This document shows positions 10,656 to 20,092 of a stretch of DNA of 64,000 nucleotides, in pieces (position 1 is the stretch's first letter; each line of letters opens with the position of its first letter). Both the position numbers and the translations under genes were made by a program. The notes beneath the pieces are model-generated. The model saw nothing but the letters and a program-made list of their open reading frames with translations, had not been told where the DNA came from and did no database searches. The DNA is from an uncultured Verrucomicrobiae bacterium. GTDB taxonomy: Bacteria; Chlamydiota; Chlamydiia; Chlamydiales; Rhabdochlamydiaceae. The stretch is from positions 1,344,001-1,408,000 of the forward strand of contig CAWDYW010000001.1 in the NCBI GenBank assembly GCA_963806855.1. The letters run 5' to 3'.

Positions 10656-11567
10656 ATGAAACTGAAAGGTAAACGGGCATTCATTGCCGGAGTTGGCGAC
10701 GATCAAGGTTATGGCTGGGCGATTGCAAAAGCTTTAGCAGAAGAGGGTTGTGAAATTCTCGTCGGAACCTGGACTCCCATTCTTAAAATTTTCACTACCT
10801 CCTTTGAAACTGGCAAATTTGATGAGTCGCGCCAGCTTTCCAATGGAAAGATGCTCAAGATTGCCAAAGTCTATGCCCTCGATGCGAGTTTCGACCGTCC
10901 AGAAGATGTTCCTCAAGACATTAAGGATAACAAACGGTATGCCGCTGCCTCTGGATATACAATCACCGAAGTTGTAGCCCAAATCGAAAAAGACTATGGG
11001 ACCATCGACATTCTCGTCCATTCGCTTGCCAACGGCCCAGAAGTGAAGAAACCTCTGCTCGAGACCTCGCGCGCCGGCTATTTGGCAGCCCTCAGCGCCT
11101 CTTCCTATTCTTTCGTCAGCCTGATCGCTCAGTTTGGCCCCATTATGGCAGCAGGAGGCTCGATCCTCTCTCTTACCTATATTGCCTCAGAACGGGCAGT
11201 TCCAGGCTACGGTGGCGGAATGAGTTCAGCAAAAGCAGCTCTCGAAAGCGATACCCGCACTCTGGCCTTTGAAGCAGGGCGCAAGTGGGGCCTGCGCATC
11301 AACACCATTTCAGCCGGGCCGCTGCGCAGTCGTGCAGCACGCGCGATCGGCTTTATCGACAAAATGATCAACTATTCTGAGGCCAATGCTCCTCTTCAAC
11401 GGGAGATGACTGCCGAAGATGTAGGCAATGCAGCGGTCTTCCTCCTCTCCCCTGCCGCAGCCGCCGTCACCGGAACGACTCTCTATGTAGATAACGGGAT
11501 GCATGCGATGGGAATCGCGATGGATTCACCCGCCTTTGCCGAGCAGCCAGAAGTCGCGCCAGTATAA
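10656..11567 (+). CDS. fabI: Enoyl-ACP reductase, chlamydial/plant-type
   Basis: [41 protein letters not shown]. Confidence 0.96.
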   Translation: MKLKGKRAFIAGVGDDQGYGWAIAKALAEEGCEILVGTWTPILKIFTTSFETGKFDESRQLSNGKMLKIAKVYALDASFDRPEDVPQDIKDNKRYAAASGYTITEVVAQIEKDYGTIDILVHSLANGPEVKKPLLETSRAGYLAALSASSYSFVSLIAQFGPIMAAGGSILSLTYIASERAVPGYGGGMSSAKAALESDTRTLAFEAGRKWGLRINTISAGPLRSRAARAIGFIDKMINYSEANAPLQREMTAEDVGNAAVFLLSPAAAAVTGTTLYVDNGMHAMGIAMDSPAFAEQPEVAPV

Positions 11568-11678
11568 CTGGACGAGCCGATATCACCACTGAGGCTGACG
11601 CGCCCTTTACTACAAAGGCAACTTTTTATTTTCATTGACTAAATTATTCAATCATTTTATATTATATCTTGATTATTA

Positions 11679-12230
11679 ATGGAGAACGAATCTATGGATC
11701 TTCTTGCACAATGTATGCAGAATTTGGGAAATTGTGAGAATTATCTTTCCAGATGCCAATACAGCAGTTTATTAAAAAATATTGGCGAAGTAGTTGGAAC
11801 AACCATCACTGTTACTGCTGTCTTAACTATTGGGGTTGCTGCATATGCGTTAGCAAGATATCCAAAGGAAATAAAAGAATATATCAAAAAAACAGCAGAA
11901 AAAAAAGAGGTCAAAGCCTTTATAGAAAGTATCGAAAAACATGAGACATATACTACAAGCGATTTGACTTTAGTTATTAGCCGGGAATCAAACATTTCTA
12001 ATTTTGGAATTGCATTGACTAGTCTAGCACGCTGCATTAAACACTTTGTCTTAGGAATATTTTTCTTTCTTCCTTTTATCAACTCCGATGACCTGTCACT
12101 AACAACCTATTTTCATAGATCATTCATCGATCTCGGGGGATTTGGAATTGGAATAGTGGGAACATTTTTTCCGAAAACTGCCCACAATATGGCAGGCGAT
12201 TTTCTAAAATTTTCTTGGAAAAACTCTTAA
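11679..12230 (+). CDS. AT-rich hypothetical membrane protein
   Basis: 183 aa with several hydrophobic segments; TTGACT-17-TATATT at 11635-11663. Confidence 0.55.
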   Translation: MENESMDLLAQCMQNLGNCENYLSRCQYSSLLKNIGEVVGTTITVTAVLTIGVAAYALARYPKEIKEYIKKTAEKKEVKAFIESIEKHETYTTSDLTLVISRESNISNFGIALTSLARCIKHFVLGIFFFLPFINSDDLSLTTYFHRSFIDLGGFGIGIVGTFFPKTAHNMAGDFLKFSWKNS

Positions 12231-13330
12231 AATCTGGGCAAAGGCGACTGAACCTGATTGAGCAGTCTTTCCAAATTAGCCTGGAACTCCTGGGTCTTCT
12301 GCAGATACATCGCCCGATTGTTTTCCCCAATCTTCTTCAACTCGCTTTCGGGCAAAGACCTTAAATCACGAATCGTTTTCTCCAGATCTTCCGGAGCAAT
12401 AAAATAGCGGGTGGCCAAATACCGTTGATCTATTTTTTGATAAGGGACAAGGCACCGCTTATCTGTAATAAACTCATTCATAGGGGGAGCATCGGTTGTG
12501 ACGACGACAGCGCCCGCAGACATCGCCTCCATAATATAATGGCCAAATCCTTCCGTTTCGCTTGGGCACAAATGAATGCCGCAATGATTTTGCAGATGGC
12601 GCAGCCTATTCTCGGGGATTTTGGTAGATATCCACTCTAGATTTTCTTGAAAAAATGGCCTTTCCCACCAATGGCAAATGACCGTCAACTGCGGAAGGGA
12701 TCTATCAGTTTTCCACAAGTCGGCAATCGCGGGAGTACCTTTCATAGTACTTTTACCCGCTACGTGGAGATAACGACTGAAATTTTTCTCGATTCCACTA
12801 TGATAACAATCGAAACTCGTAAAGCCTGAAAAATAGGCATTAATGCCCATTTCCCTGAAAATCCGTTCAGCTTCATGTGTAAAACACAGTGCCAGATCAA
12901 TTTTATTCAAAAGAGCTAGATCTTGAACGTACCATTCTGGATTAGGAACAAGCCAATTTAATTTCGCATACGGTAACCATTGGGGGCATATGATTTCCAT
13001 GAAAATATTGATATCGGCCAGACTATAGAGGTTAAGTAACGTCGGCATTTCATTATACTCTCTATCATGGACGATGTGACCCAAAGATTCTAACGCCTTT
13101 CTCATGAGTTTTCGTTGGGCTTCCAATCCTACGCCATTATTTATACTGAACACATTGATTTTGAGCGGGCGGGTTGGTTTTGCTTGTATACCCCGACTCG
13201 CCAAAAAGTGTGGAGTTGGATCCGCGCGAAAGCTCTCGCGGGCCAAATTCACACTTTTGGGCGAGTCGGGGTATATTTGAGCAAATGACAAAATAAACAA
13301 TGCGAGGAGCTTACATAACACTTTAGTCAT
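12227..13330 (-). CDS. GT-B (GT4-like) glycosyltransferase with signal-peptide-like N-terminus
   Basis: CPSETEGFGHYIMEAMSAGAVVVTTD (EX7E motif). Confidence 0.8.
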   Translation of the reverse strand: MTKVLCKLLALFILSFAQIYPDSPKSVNLARESFRADPTPHFLASRGIQAKPTRPLKINVFSINNGVGLEAQRKLMRKALESLGHIVHDREYNEMPTLLNLYSLADINIFMEIICPQWLPYAKLNWLVPNPEWYVQDLALLNKIDLALCFTHEAERIFREMGINAYFSGFTSFDCYHSGIEKNFSRYLHVAGKSTMKGTPAIADLWKTDRSLPQLTVICHWWERPFFQENLEWISTKIPENRLRHLQNHCGIHLCPSETEGFGHYIMEAMSAGAVVVTTDAPPMNEFITDKRCLVPYQKIDQRYLATRYFIAPEDLEKTIRDLRSLPESELKKIGENNRAMYLQKTQEFQANLERLLNQVQSPLPRF

Positions 13331-14523
13331 TCTTTAAATCTAGAAATTATGAGTGGGGTCATTCCAGGTTTCACCGTACGGATTGCAATCTGCCAATCGA
13401 AGGCAGCGAACTGATTCTCTCCCTTGCAGTGATGCTGTGAGGGGCGGTTGCCTCTTAAAATATGTCCCATATAGGCGCCATCCTCAGCCGAGAACTGGAA
13501 TTGCATGGTCAATCCTTTCGATTTAATCTCGACAATTTCATTCTGGCGAAAAGTATTAGCTTTTACCCCATTCACGAAAATCTGATGGTCGGAGTGATGA
13601 TTGAAAAAGAAATTGATCTCTTCCTCTTTCGGGTAAATCTTGATTTCTTCAGCATGCCCTTCTACTTGGTGCTGCTGTTTTGCCATAACGAAAGTATGCT
13701 GATCCCAGGCGATAAATAAGGGGCACTCATCCTGATTATTAAAGTGCACATAGGGAATTGGCAATTTCTCTTGCTCTACTTCAAACCCTAGAGGGCGGAT
13801 GAGAGCTCCATGCAGATGAATGGGGGCGATTTTGGCTGTCCTTTCGGAAAAGCGCTTTTGCCACTGGCACATGAAAAGATCAAACAGGGTCAATTCGGGA
13901 AGATGCCCCTCTTGATTGCGCCGGGCTGCCGGGCCGATATAGAGGCAAAGATCGGGATGCCAGAGTTTAAAGGCCTCTCGAATCGGCTCTTCGATGGAGG
14001 CTCCTCGCTTTTCAGCGATCTGTAACGAGATCAGAGCCTCGCTCCAGTCGTAGACATTCCCCGGCAAAGATCCCATTTTCCCTTCGAAGGCATCGAGCCG
14101 AAACCGGGCCCAATTAGGGCGTGTCGTAGATTCCTGAGGAGCACCTAAGATCCGCTCAATGCATTTTTCAAGATCTTGCTTTAGGCCGCCGATCACATGG
14201 CCAAAATCGACTGAGATCCAGAAAAAAATGGGCAGGAGGCGGAGATTGAGATAGGGGTCAGAAATGTGCGGGTAGGCATGCAGATAGGTTGGGAAATTGC
14301 CATCGACCTCAAAAGCCAGTAGCCGCTCGATCAAGGCTTTTCCTATCTGAACATTCTCAGCGAGCCGCGTCCGGAAAAGACTTAGCGCAAAAAGGGCATT
14401 TTCCAAGACCGGAATCGTATCATGTGTCGTCAGATCTTCACTTTGGTGACAGTAATGGATATAGCCAGTTTGCTTTCTCTGCAGCCGGCGACCCGATTCT
14501 AGTGCTAGATTAATGGCGTCCAA
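13327..14523 (-). CDS. Hypothetical protein
   Basis: 398-aa ORF overlapping both neighbours in an operon. Confidence 0.7.
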   Translation of the reverse strand: MDAINLALESGRRLQRKQTGYIHYCHQSEDLTTHDTIPVLENALFALSLFRTRLAENVQIGKALIERLLAFEVDGNFPTYLHAYPHISDPYLNLRLLPIFFWISVDFGHVIGGLKQDLEKCIERILGAPQESTTRPNWARFRLDAFEGKMGSLPGNVYDWSEALISLQIAEKRGASIEEPIREAFKLWHPDLCLYIGPAARRNQEGHLPELTLFDLFMCQWQKRFSERTAKIAPIHLHGALIRPLGFEVEQEKLPIPYVHFNNQDECPLFIAWDQHTFVMAKQQHQVEGHAEEIKIYPKEEEINFFFNHHSDHQIFVNGVKANTFRQNEIVEIKSKGLTMQFQFSAEDGAYMGHILRGNRPSQHHCKGENQFAAFDWQIAIRTVKPGMTPLIISRFKE

Positions 14524-15337
14524 TGGCTACCTCGATTGCTTGAATGATTCCCATTTCATTCGCCGGCTTGGCCACCACATCCGCTACAGCGAGCACCTCG
14601 GGTGGGGCCGTTTCGACGACAATTGCCACATCAGCTAGGTTCAGCATCTTTAGATCGTTGTGGTCATCCCCGGCGGCGATGACAAAGGGGCTTTGAAAAT
14701 GCTCTTTCATAAATTGCAGTGAATGCCCTTTACTCGCATGGCAATCGGTAATGAGATTGAGATAAAGGGTCGGATCGACCGGATCGCGAATCATCGACAC
14801 TTCCAAGGCGGGGTGCCCTTTCAATCGATCATAAAGCTCCGCCACCACTTTTCTTTCCCCAAAAGTTTTGATTAGGGGAAATGAGGTCCCTTTTTCAAAG
14901 ACAAAATTGGAAGCTTGCCATGAATCAGAAAGGCTCTCGAGTACCTTGAGATATTCCAGTACCTTTTTTGAGAATCGCTGCGGCCGATAGTAGCAGAAAT
15001 CGCCCTTGTCTATTCCAGCATAGATAATGAAGTCCTCGTGCTGGCCCTCATAAATCTGATCAATTTGGGGAACGATCTCGGCCGAAAGATAATTGCGCTG
15101 CAAAATTTTTTTTGATGGCATCTCGACGATGTCGGCCCCATTTTGAAAGGCAATCGTATAGGGAAAATCGAAAGTGTGAATCACCTTCTTGGCAAAGGAA
15201 TAGGTGCGGCCGGTCAAAAATGCGATCTGCCACTGCTCTTGAGCCAGAGCTTTTAAAAATTGAACCACCTTAGGGTCAATCCAATCAAGCCGATGGGTCA
15301 GGGTCCCGTCAATATCAAATGCTAAAAGTCCTTTCAT
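14510..15337 (-). CDS. Cof-type HAD phosphatase
   Basis: FDIDGTL, LTGR, SKG, GDDHNDLKML. Confidence 0.9.
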   Translation of the reverse strand: MKGLLAFDIDGTLTHRLDWIDPKVVQFLKALAQEQWQIAFLTGRTYSFAKKVIHTFDFPYTIAFQNGADIVEMPSKKILQRNYLSAEIVPQIDQIYEGQHEDFIIYAGIDKGDFCYYRPQRFSKKVLEYLKVLESLSDSWQASNFVFEKGTSFPLIKTFGERKVVAELYDRLKGHPALEVSMIRDPVDPTLYLNLITDCHASKGHSLQFMKEHFQSPFVIAAGDDHNDLKMLNLADVAIVVETAPPEVLAVADVVAKPANEMGIIQAIEVAIGRH

Positions 15338-15421
15338 AGGGTTTTTTAACCTCAGCTTATTATGCCCTGACTTGCAAAAAAAGTCAGCACAAAGCATTCT
15401 CAGGATAAAATGAGGTTTTGC

Positions 15422-15838
15422 ATGTCAAAAATTTTTTTAACACTCTTTTTCTTTCTCTTCACCACATTGGCCCAAGCCCAAATCGAGCCCCCTCCGGCCA
15501 AGCCCCAGAAAGAGCAAACACAGGACCAGTCGAATAAAGAAATGATTGAAAACATGGGCCCAACCTATAAAGGAGCCTTTGTGAAGATGATGGTCACTTT
15601 GCTTGGGCTGATTGTCCTGATTGTCGTCTCCGTCTGGATGCTCCGCCGCATTGCCCATGGAAGAATGAAGCAGATGAACTATGGCCGGGAGATCAAGGTT
15701 CTCGAAAGACGGCCCTTGAGTGCAAAGTCAGTCCTCTATCTGATTGAAGTTGGCGGGAAAAAAGTGGTTGTCGCTGAGTCACAAGTTGAAGTGCGGGCGA
15801 TCATAACCGCCGACCACTTAACCGGTGATGAGGAATAG
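15422..15838 (+). CDS. FliO/FliZ-like membrane protein
   Basis: Signal peptide, TM helix, then IKVLERRPLSAKSVLYLIEVGGKKVVV (FliO-type beta region). Confidence 0.65.
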   Translation: MSKIFLTLFFFLFTTLAQAQIEPPPAKPQKEQTQDQSNKEMIENMGPTYKGAFVKMMVTLLGLIVLIVVSVWMLRRIAHGRMKQMNYGREIKVLERRPLSAKSVLYLIEVGGKKVVVAESQVEVRAIITADHLTGDEE

Positions 15839-15839
15839 T

Positions 15840-15926
15840 TTAACCAATTTCAACGCAAAGACGCCAAGGCGCCAAGACGCAAAAAAAACTAATATTTTTC
15901 TGCGTCTTTGCGTTGAAATTGATTAA
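15840..15926. repeat. Family A inverted repeat, copy 2
   Basis: caacgcaaagacgccaaggcgccaagacgca...tgcgtctttgcgttg; between convergent genes. Confidence 0.85.
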
Positions 15927-15927
15927 C

Positions 15928-16710
15928 CTATTCGGTTTTGTCTGTTTTTTCTTCTTTTACTTCTTCTTTCTTAACTTCCTCTTTGACAGGCTGCTCTTGC
16001 TTTCCAACTTTATTGGTTCTGAGAATCTGAGTAAGAGAAAGGGACCCATTCGTAATACGATTAAGAGCATCAACCACGCTTAAGTTAGCAATCTGATCTT
16101 CAGGTAAATCTTCCACATCAGCCGGACGCAATTTCTCTTGAACCTTTTCCATCATCACTCGACATTCGAGCGGATTAAAAAGAGCATAGCCAGAGCTTAA
16201 GGATAGATACAGGGTGTTGACGTAAAGTGCATTGGTGTAGAGAAGAGCAAAAGGTACTCCCTCCCAAAGGGCTTGATAAAATTGGCCCATTGCGGGCTTG
16301 AAAACTGAAGCCTGCTTATCTGTACCCCAAACTGCATCCTTTAAATAGGCCCCCAAGTTAAAACCAGATTCAGTTCTTAAGACACTCCAATTTTGGTAAA
16401 TGCCATGTGCAGCCACACCAGCTTCATAGACTCCACTACCAAAATGGCGAACCATAGAAGCTCCCAAATAGTAAGGGACTCCATACCAAACGATCCCCAG
16501 ATTTTTGACCGCTGTCCACGATTTTGATTCCGGGCGGTACAGACGTCCAGATGGAAGATGACAGTGATAAGTTTCCCCCTCCTTCACAATCTTTTGCCAG
16601 CATTCTCCAGGTTTATTTTCTGTGGGAACTTCTTGCCAATGTTGAGCGAGAAATTGACCAGCAGCAGAATCAGGTAGACCTACTGCCCAAGCCTTAATTT
16701 TATCAAACAT
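15928..16710 (-). CDS. Hypothetical membrane protein (paralog trio member)
   Basis: 260 aa; GGAGG RBS. Confidence 0.7.
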   Translation of the reverse strand: MFDKIKAWAVGLPDSAAGQFLAQHWQEVPTENKPGECWQKIVKEGETYHCHLPSGRLYRPESKSWTAVKNLGIVWYGVPYYLGASMVRHFGSGVYEAGVAAHGIYQNWSVLRTESGFNLGAYLKDAVWGTDKQASVFKPAMGQFYQALWEGVPFALLYTNALYVNTLYLSLSSGYALFNPLECRVMMEKVQEKLRPADVEDLPEDQIANLSVVDALNRITNGSLSLTQILRTNKVGKQEQPVKEEVKKEEVKEEKTDKTE

Positions 16711-16732
16711 AACTTTCCTCCAAGTTTAAATC

Positions 16733-16757
16733 AAAAAGGGGGTTCACCCCCCTTAAA
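16733..16757 (-). terminator. Putative intrinsic terminator
   Basis: aaaaagggggttcacccccttaaa hairpin with T-run on the minus strand after the 16759 stop. Confidence 0.5.
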
Positions 16758-16758
16758 T

Positions 16759-17529
16759 TTATTGACTCTTTTTATTTGTTTCTTGAAATACGTAATCGCG
16801 ATCAAGCTGATCACTGATATTTCCAGGAGAGTGCATTCCCATGATACAAGTTAAGGGGATACGCCCTTCAATAAAGTCTTGCCAATGTGCTGTAAAGTCA
16901 TAATTCTTGTTTGCAGTTGCATGATACTCTGGCTTAGGAGTTGGCCCTACAAGTCGTTCAGCACTATTAATCCAAAGAGCTGCTCCACGTGGATTATAAA
17001 TGACATAGAGTGCCGAAAGGCCGACTGCACAGGTCGTAAAGTAACTATAGAGCATATAAGAAGTCATGCCCTGATGCATATTGAGCGCAATGCAAGCTGC
17101 GCCTGCTTTAAGTATAGGCACTAGGTTAGTCCACACACGTGCTGTCGAAGGGAGCTGTGATCTGATATCCTTTACCCCATTCTTGTAGACCGACTCACCT
17201 GCTTGCACAATCCCGAGATTTCCTAAAATTACAGCTGGGATAATAATGCCTGGGACAGAATACTCCAAATAAGGGACTTTCCAGGGATAGCATAGAGCAA
17301 CAGAGGCGGCCATCACTTTAGCCAGTGTTTCCCAGTTGCTATTTTGTTGCAAAAGAGCTCCAGTGTCTTCCTCTTTCAGAAACGTAAATTTTGAAGTGGT
17401 TGCACCTCCGGCTGGTCCCTCAGTGTAAAAATTACCTTTAAAATCCCCTTCTCGCATTCTTTGTTCACATTCATAGGGAGTCCATTTTTCTTGTGTCCAA
17501 TGTTGGAATACTTTGTTTATCGAATCCAT
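16759..17529 (-). CDS. Hypothetical membrane protein (paralog trio member)
   Basis: 256-aa ORF. Confidence 0.7.
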   Translation of the reverse strand: MDSINKVFQHWTQEKWTPYECEQRMREGDFKGNFYTEGPAGGATTSKFTFLKEEDTGALLQQNSNWETLAKVMAASVALCYPWKVPYLEYSVPGIIIPAVILGNLGIVQAGESVYKNGVKDIRSQLPSTARVWTNLVPILKAGAACIALNMHQGMTSYMLYSYFTTCAVGLSALYVIYNPRGAALWINSAERLVGPTPKPEYHATANKNYDFTAHWQDFIEGRIPLTCIMGMHSPGNISDQLDRDYVFQETNKKSQ

Positions 17530-17586
17530 AATTTTACCTGTCTACTTTGTTTCTATTTTATTTTGTAATTGCAAACTTTTTAACAA

Positions 17587-18279
17587 TCACACTTTACAAA
17601 CTCTAAATTTATCAAGCTTATCCACTTTGTCATAGATATTTCCCATTTTTTGCATACAGACGGCCATGAAGAGAACTTTGCCATCGAAAAGGACTTCATC
17701 TACACATTCACTCGCGGGAGTGTCTTGGAGGTGTTTAGTATAGGGAGTCCCGTCGTGCCACTGGCTTTCGATTTTGCCGATCCATTTGCGCCCTTCATAA
17801 GGAGAAAGCATCGTGTAGAGGCAGGCAACTTCAATTGCTACGGCATAGAGGGGGCTGCGACAAACGCGCCACAAATCCAAAATCATTTCGTTCGGGATCT
17901 CAAAGACGATAGTCATGATGGCATTGCCTAAGGCTGCCCGAATTCCTTTCGCCGATAGTTCTTGAATCAATTGGGGGATCACTTTCCAGAAAATGGAAGT
18001 GATGTCAGCGACCATTTTTAAAAGATTGGCGCTGATAAGCCCAAGGGTATAAATAGGGGTAATAAAAAAGATGCCGAGCGATTTAGCTGCAATAGTATGA
18101 GGAGCATCTGGCTTGCCTTGCAAACCGTAGAGATCGCCTGTTGACTCTTCGAGGGTATATTCAAATGTCTGAGGGCTGCCATTGTCTTTTATGCAAAGGT
18201 CGCCCCGACTATTTAATTTCTCTACTGTAACATTGCGCCAATCTGCATTGGGCTGGTACAGATCCATTGCGGATAACAT
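17587..18279 (-). CDS. Hypothetical membrane protein (paralog trio member)
   Basis: 230-aa ORF; GAGG RBS. Confidence 0.7.
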   Translation of the reverse strand: MLSAMDLYQPNADWRNVTVEKLNSRGDLCIKDNGSPQTFEYTLEESTGDLYGLQGKPDAPHTIAAKSLGIFFITPIYTLGLISANLLKMVADITSIFWKVIPQLIQELSAKGIRAALGNAIMTIVFEIPNEMILDLWRVCRSPLYAVAIEVACLYTMLSPYEGRKWIGKIESQWHDGTPYTKHLQDTPASECVDEVLFDGKVLFMAVCMQKMGNIYDKVDKLDKFRVCKV

Positions 18280-18474
18280 TAGGAACCTCGATAAAAATTG
18301 GCGAGGATTCTACGCTACCCGCTAATAAAAAATCTACTGGTTACTTGAAAATTTTCTCATGCGGAGTGAGAATCATTTGAAGGAGCAGGCTATTTCTCAA
18401 GGCAGATTTATCCTTGAGCAGTTTTTTTAGCCCGCTCTGGTTTTTAGGTTGTTGTTCTTTTGGCTTTTCTTTGC

Positions 18475-19422
18475 TCATGAGATCTCTGCTAGGGATTTGC
18501 GCATTTCAGTATCTGCTTGAACATTTTTCATCCGATAATGGTCCATGATCCCGAGATTGCCTGATCGAAATGCTTCGGCGATCGCTTGAGGAATTTCTGC
18601 TTCAGCAGCGATCAGCAGAGCCTTGTTCTCCTGCTCGACAGCAACGGCATTCGCTCGTCTCTCTTCAGCTTTGGCTTGTGCGATTTTCTTATCTGATTCG
18701 GCTTGGTCGGTGCGCAAGCGAGCTCCGATATTTTCCCCAACATGGATGTCGGCGATATCGATGGAGAGGATTTCGAATGCGGTCTGCGCATCGAGCCCTT
18801 TTTCAAGCACCAGTTTAGAAATGGATTGGGGCGCTTCGAGAACATCGACATACTGATTGGCTGCACCGATCGAATTGATGATCCCCTCCCCTACACGGGC
18901 GATGATGGTCTCTTCGGTGGCGCCTCCGACTAGCTGCTGCAGATTGGTGCGGACGGTTACCCGTGCACGGCACCCAAGTTGAATTCCATCTTTTGAGACG
19001 GCGGTTATGTAGGTCCCATCGCTGGGGCAATTGATCACTTTCGGATTGACTGAGGTACGGACTGCTTCGAGAATATCTCTTCCAGCAAGGTCAATTGCAG
19101 TCGCCTGCCCCCAAGAAAGGGGGATGTTGGCTTTCTGGGCAACAATCATCGCGCTGATCACTTTGGTCACACTTCCGCTAGCCAAATAGTGGGTCTCCAA
19201 TGCGGCGGTATTGATCCCTTTGATCCCCGCCTTAGAGAGAGTGATGATCCCGTTGACTATGATACGTGGAGGGATTTTGCGCATGCTCATCCCGACGATA
19301 TTGAAAAGGGGGATATAGCTACCCGAGACGAGCGCCTGAAACCAAAGGCTGATGAAGCGCATCACCATGGAAGCGAGAATTAGGATAATTACTCCAATAA
19401 AAATATACAGTGTTCCGCTCAT
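18475..19422 (-). CDS. floA: Flotillin-like protein FloA (YqfA/UPF0365)
   Basis: [62 protein letters not shown]. Confidence 0.92.
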   Translation of the reverse strand: MSGTLYIFIGVIILILASMVMRFISLWFQALVSGSYIPLFNIVGMSMRKIPPRIIVNGIITLSKAGIKGINTAALETHYLASGSVTKVISAMIVAQKANIPLSWGQATAIDLAGRDILEAVRTSVNPKVINCPSDGTYITAVSKDGIQLGCRARVTVRTNLQQLVGGATEETIIARVGEGIINSIGAANQYVDVLEAPQSISKLVLEKGLDAQTAFEILSIDIADIHVGENIGARLRTDQAESDKKIAQAKAEERRANAVAVEQENKALLIAAEAEIPQAIAEAFRSGNLGIMDHYRMKNVQADTEMRKSLAEIS

Positions 19423-19423
19423 T

Positions 19424-19885
19424 TTATGTCTCCTTTACAATGTAATAGGCTCCGCGCCCATCGATGATCGTGATTTTTTTTCCCTTGGCGATATAGTCGC
19501 TCTCCGAAATGGCCTGCACCCGCTTCTGGTTGACCAAAATATGGCCCGAGGGTTTGAGGTCGGAGGCTGCTTCGCCCTGATGCCCGACGAGGGCCATATC
19601 GAGGGTAGATGCGACGAATTCAGCCTGGTCGGTCTCTAATAAATAATTTTTTCTTTGCCTATTTTTAATTATCGATAATGCCAGTTTGCATACGATAATT
19701 ATAAGCAATACAGTAAATATGAGCGTGCTCGATTTAAACAATAGGGAGAAAGTGGAAAGCAATAAGAGGAGAGCTCCGACGCCGAGCGCTAAAGCTCCTA
19801 AAATCGCCATGATGCCCCCTGGGAGGAAGAACTCAATGAAGATGAACAGTAATCCGATTAAAATGAGACTTATTTGCAACATCAT
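19424..19885 (-). CDS. Short NfeD-family membrane protein
   Basis: [10 protein letters not shown] region, DLKPSG OB-fold tail; directly upstream of floA. Confidence 0.85.
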   Translation of the reverse strand: MMLQISLILIGLLFIFIEFFLPGGIMAILGALALGVGALLLLLSTFSLLFKSSTLIFTVLLIIIVCKLALSIIKNRQRKNYLLETDQAEFVASTLDMALVGHQGEAASDLKPSGHILVNQKRVQAISESDYIAKGKKITIIDGRGAYYIVKET

Positions 19886-19924
19886 GCCATAGAGAATGCC
19901 ACAAGCTTAATTATTTATCCAACA

Positions 19925-20037
19925 TTAACGCAAAGGCGCCAAGACGCAAAGACGCAGGAAAAAGAAAAAAATAGGATGTTCATTATTTTTTTACCCTTTT
20001 TTTTGCGTCTTTGCGTTTCTGCGTCTTTGCGTTGTAA
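19925..20037. repeat. Family A inverted repeat, copy 3
   Basis: aacgcaaaggcgccaagacgcaaagacgca...tgcgtctttgcgtttctgcgtctttgcgtt. Confidence 0.9.
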
Positions 20038-20092
20038 TTGCCTAACCTAATAGGATTGAATTTTACTCTCCGGCAGACCATCATATCTTGTA

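Noticed and set aside
18396..18420. Hairpin ctcaagg...ccttgag as an ncRNA or riboswitch
   Set aside because: Short hairpin only, with no recognisable family
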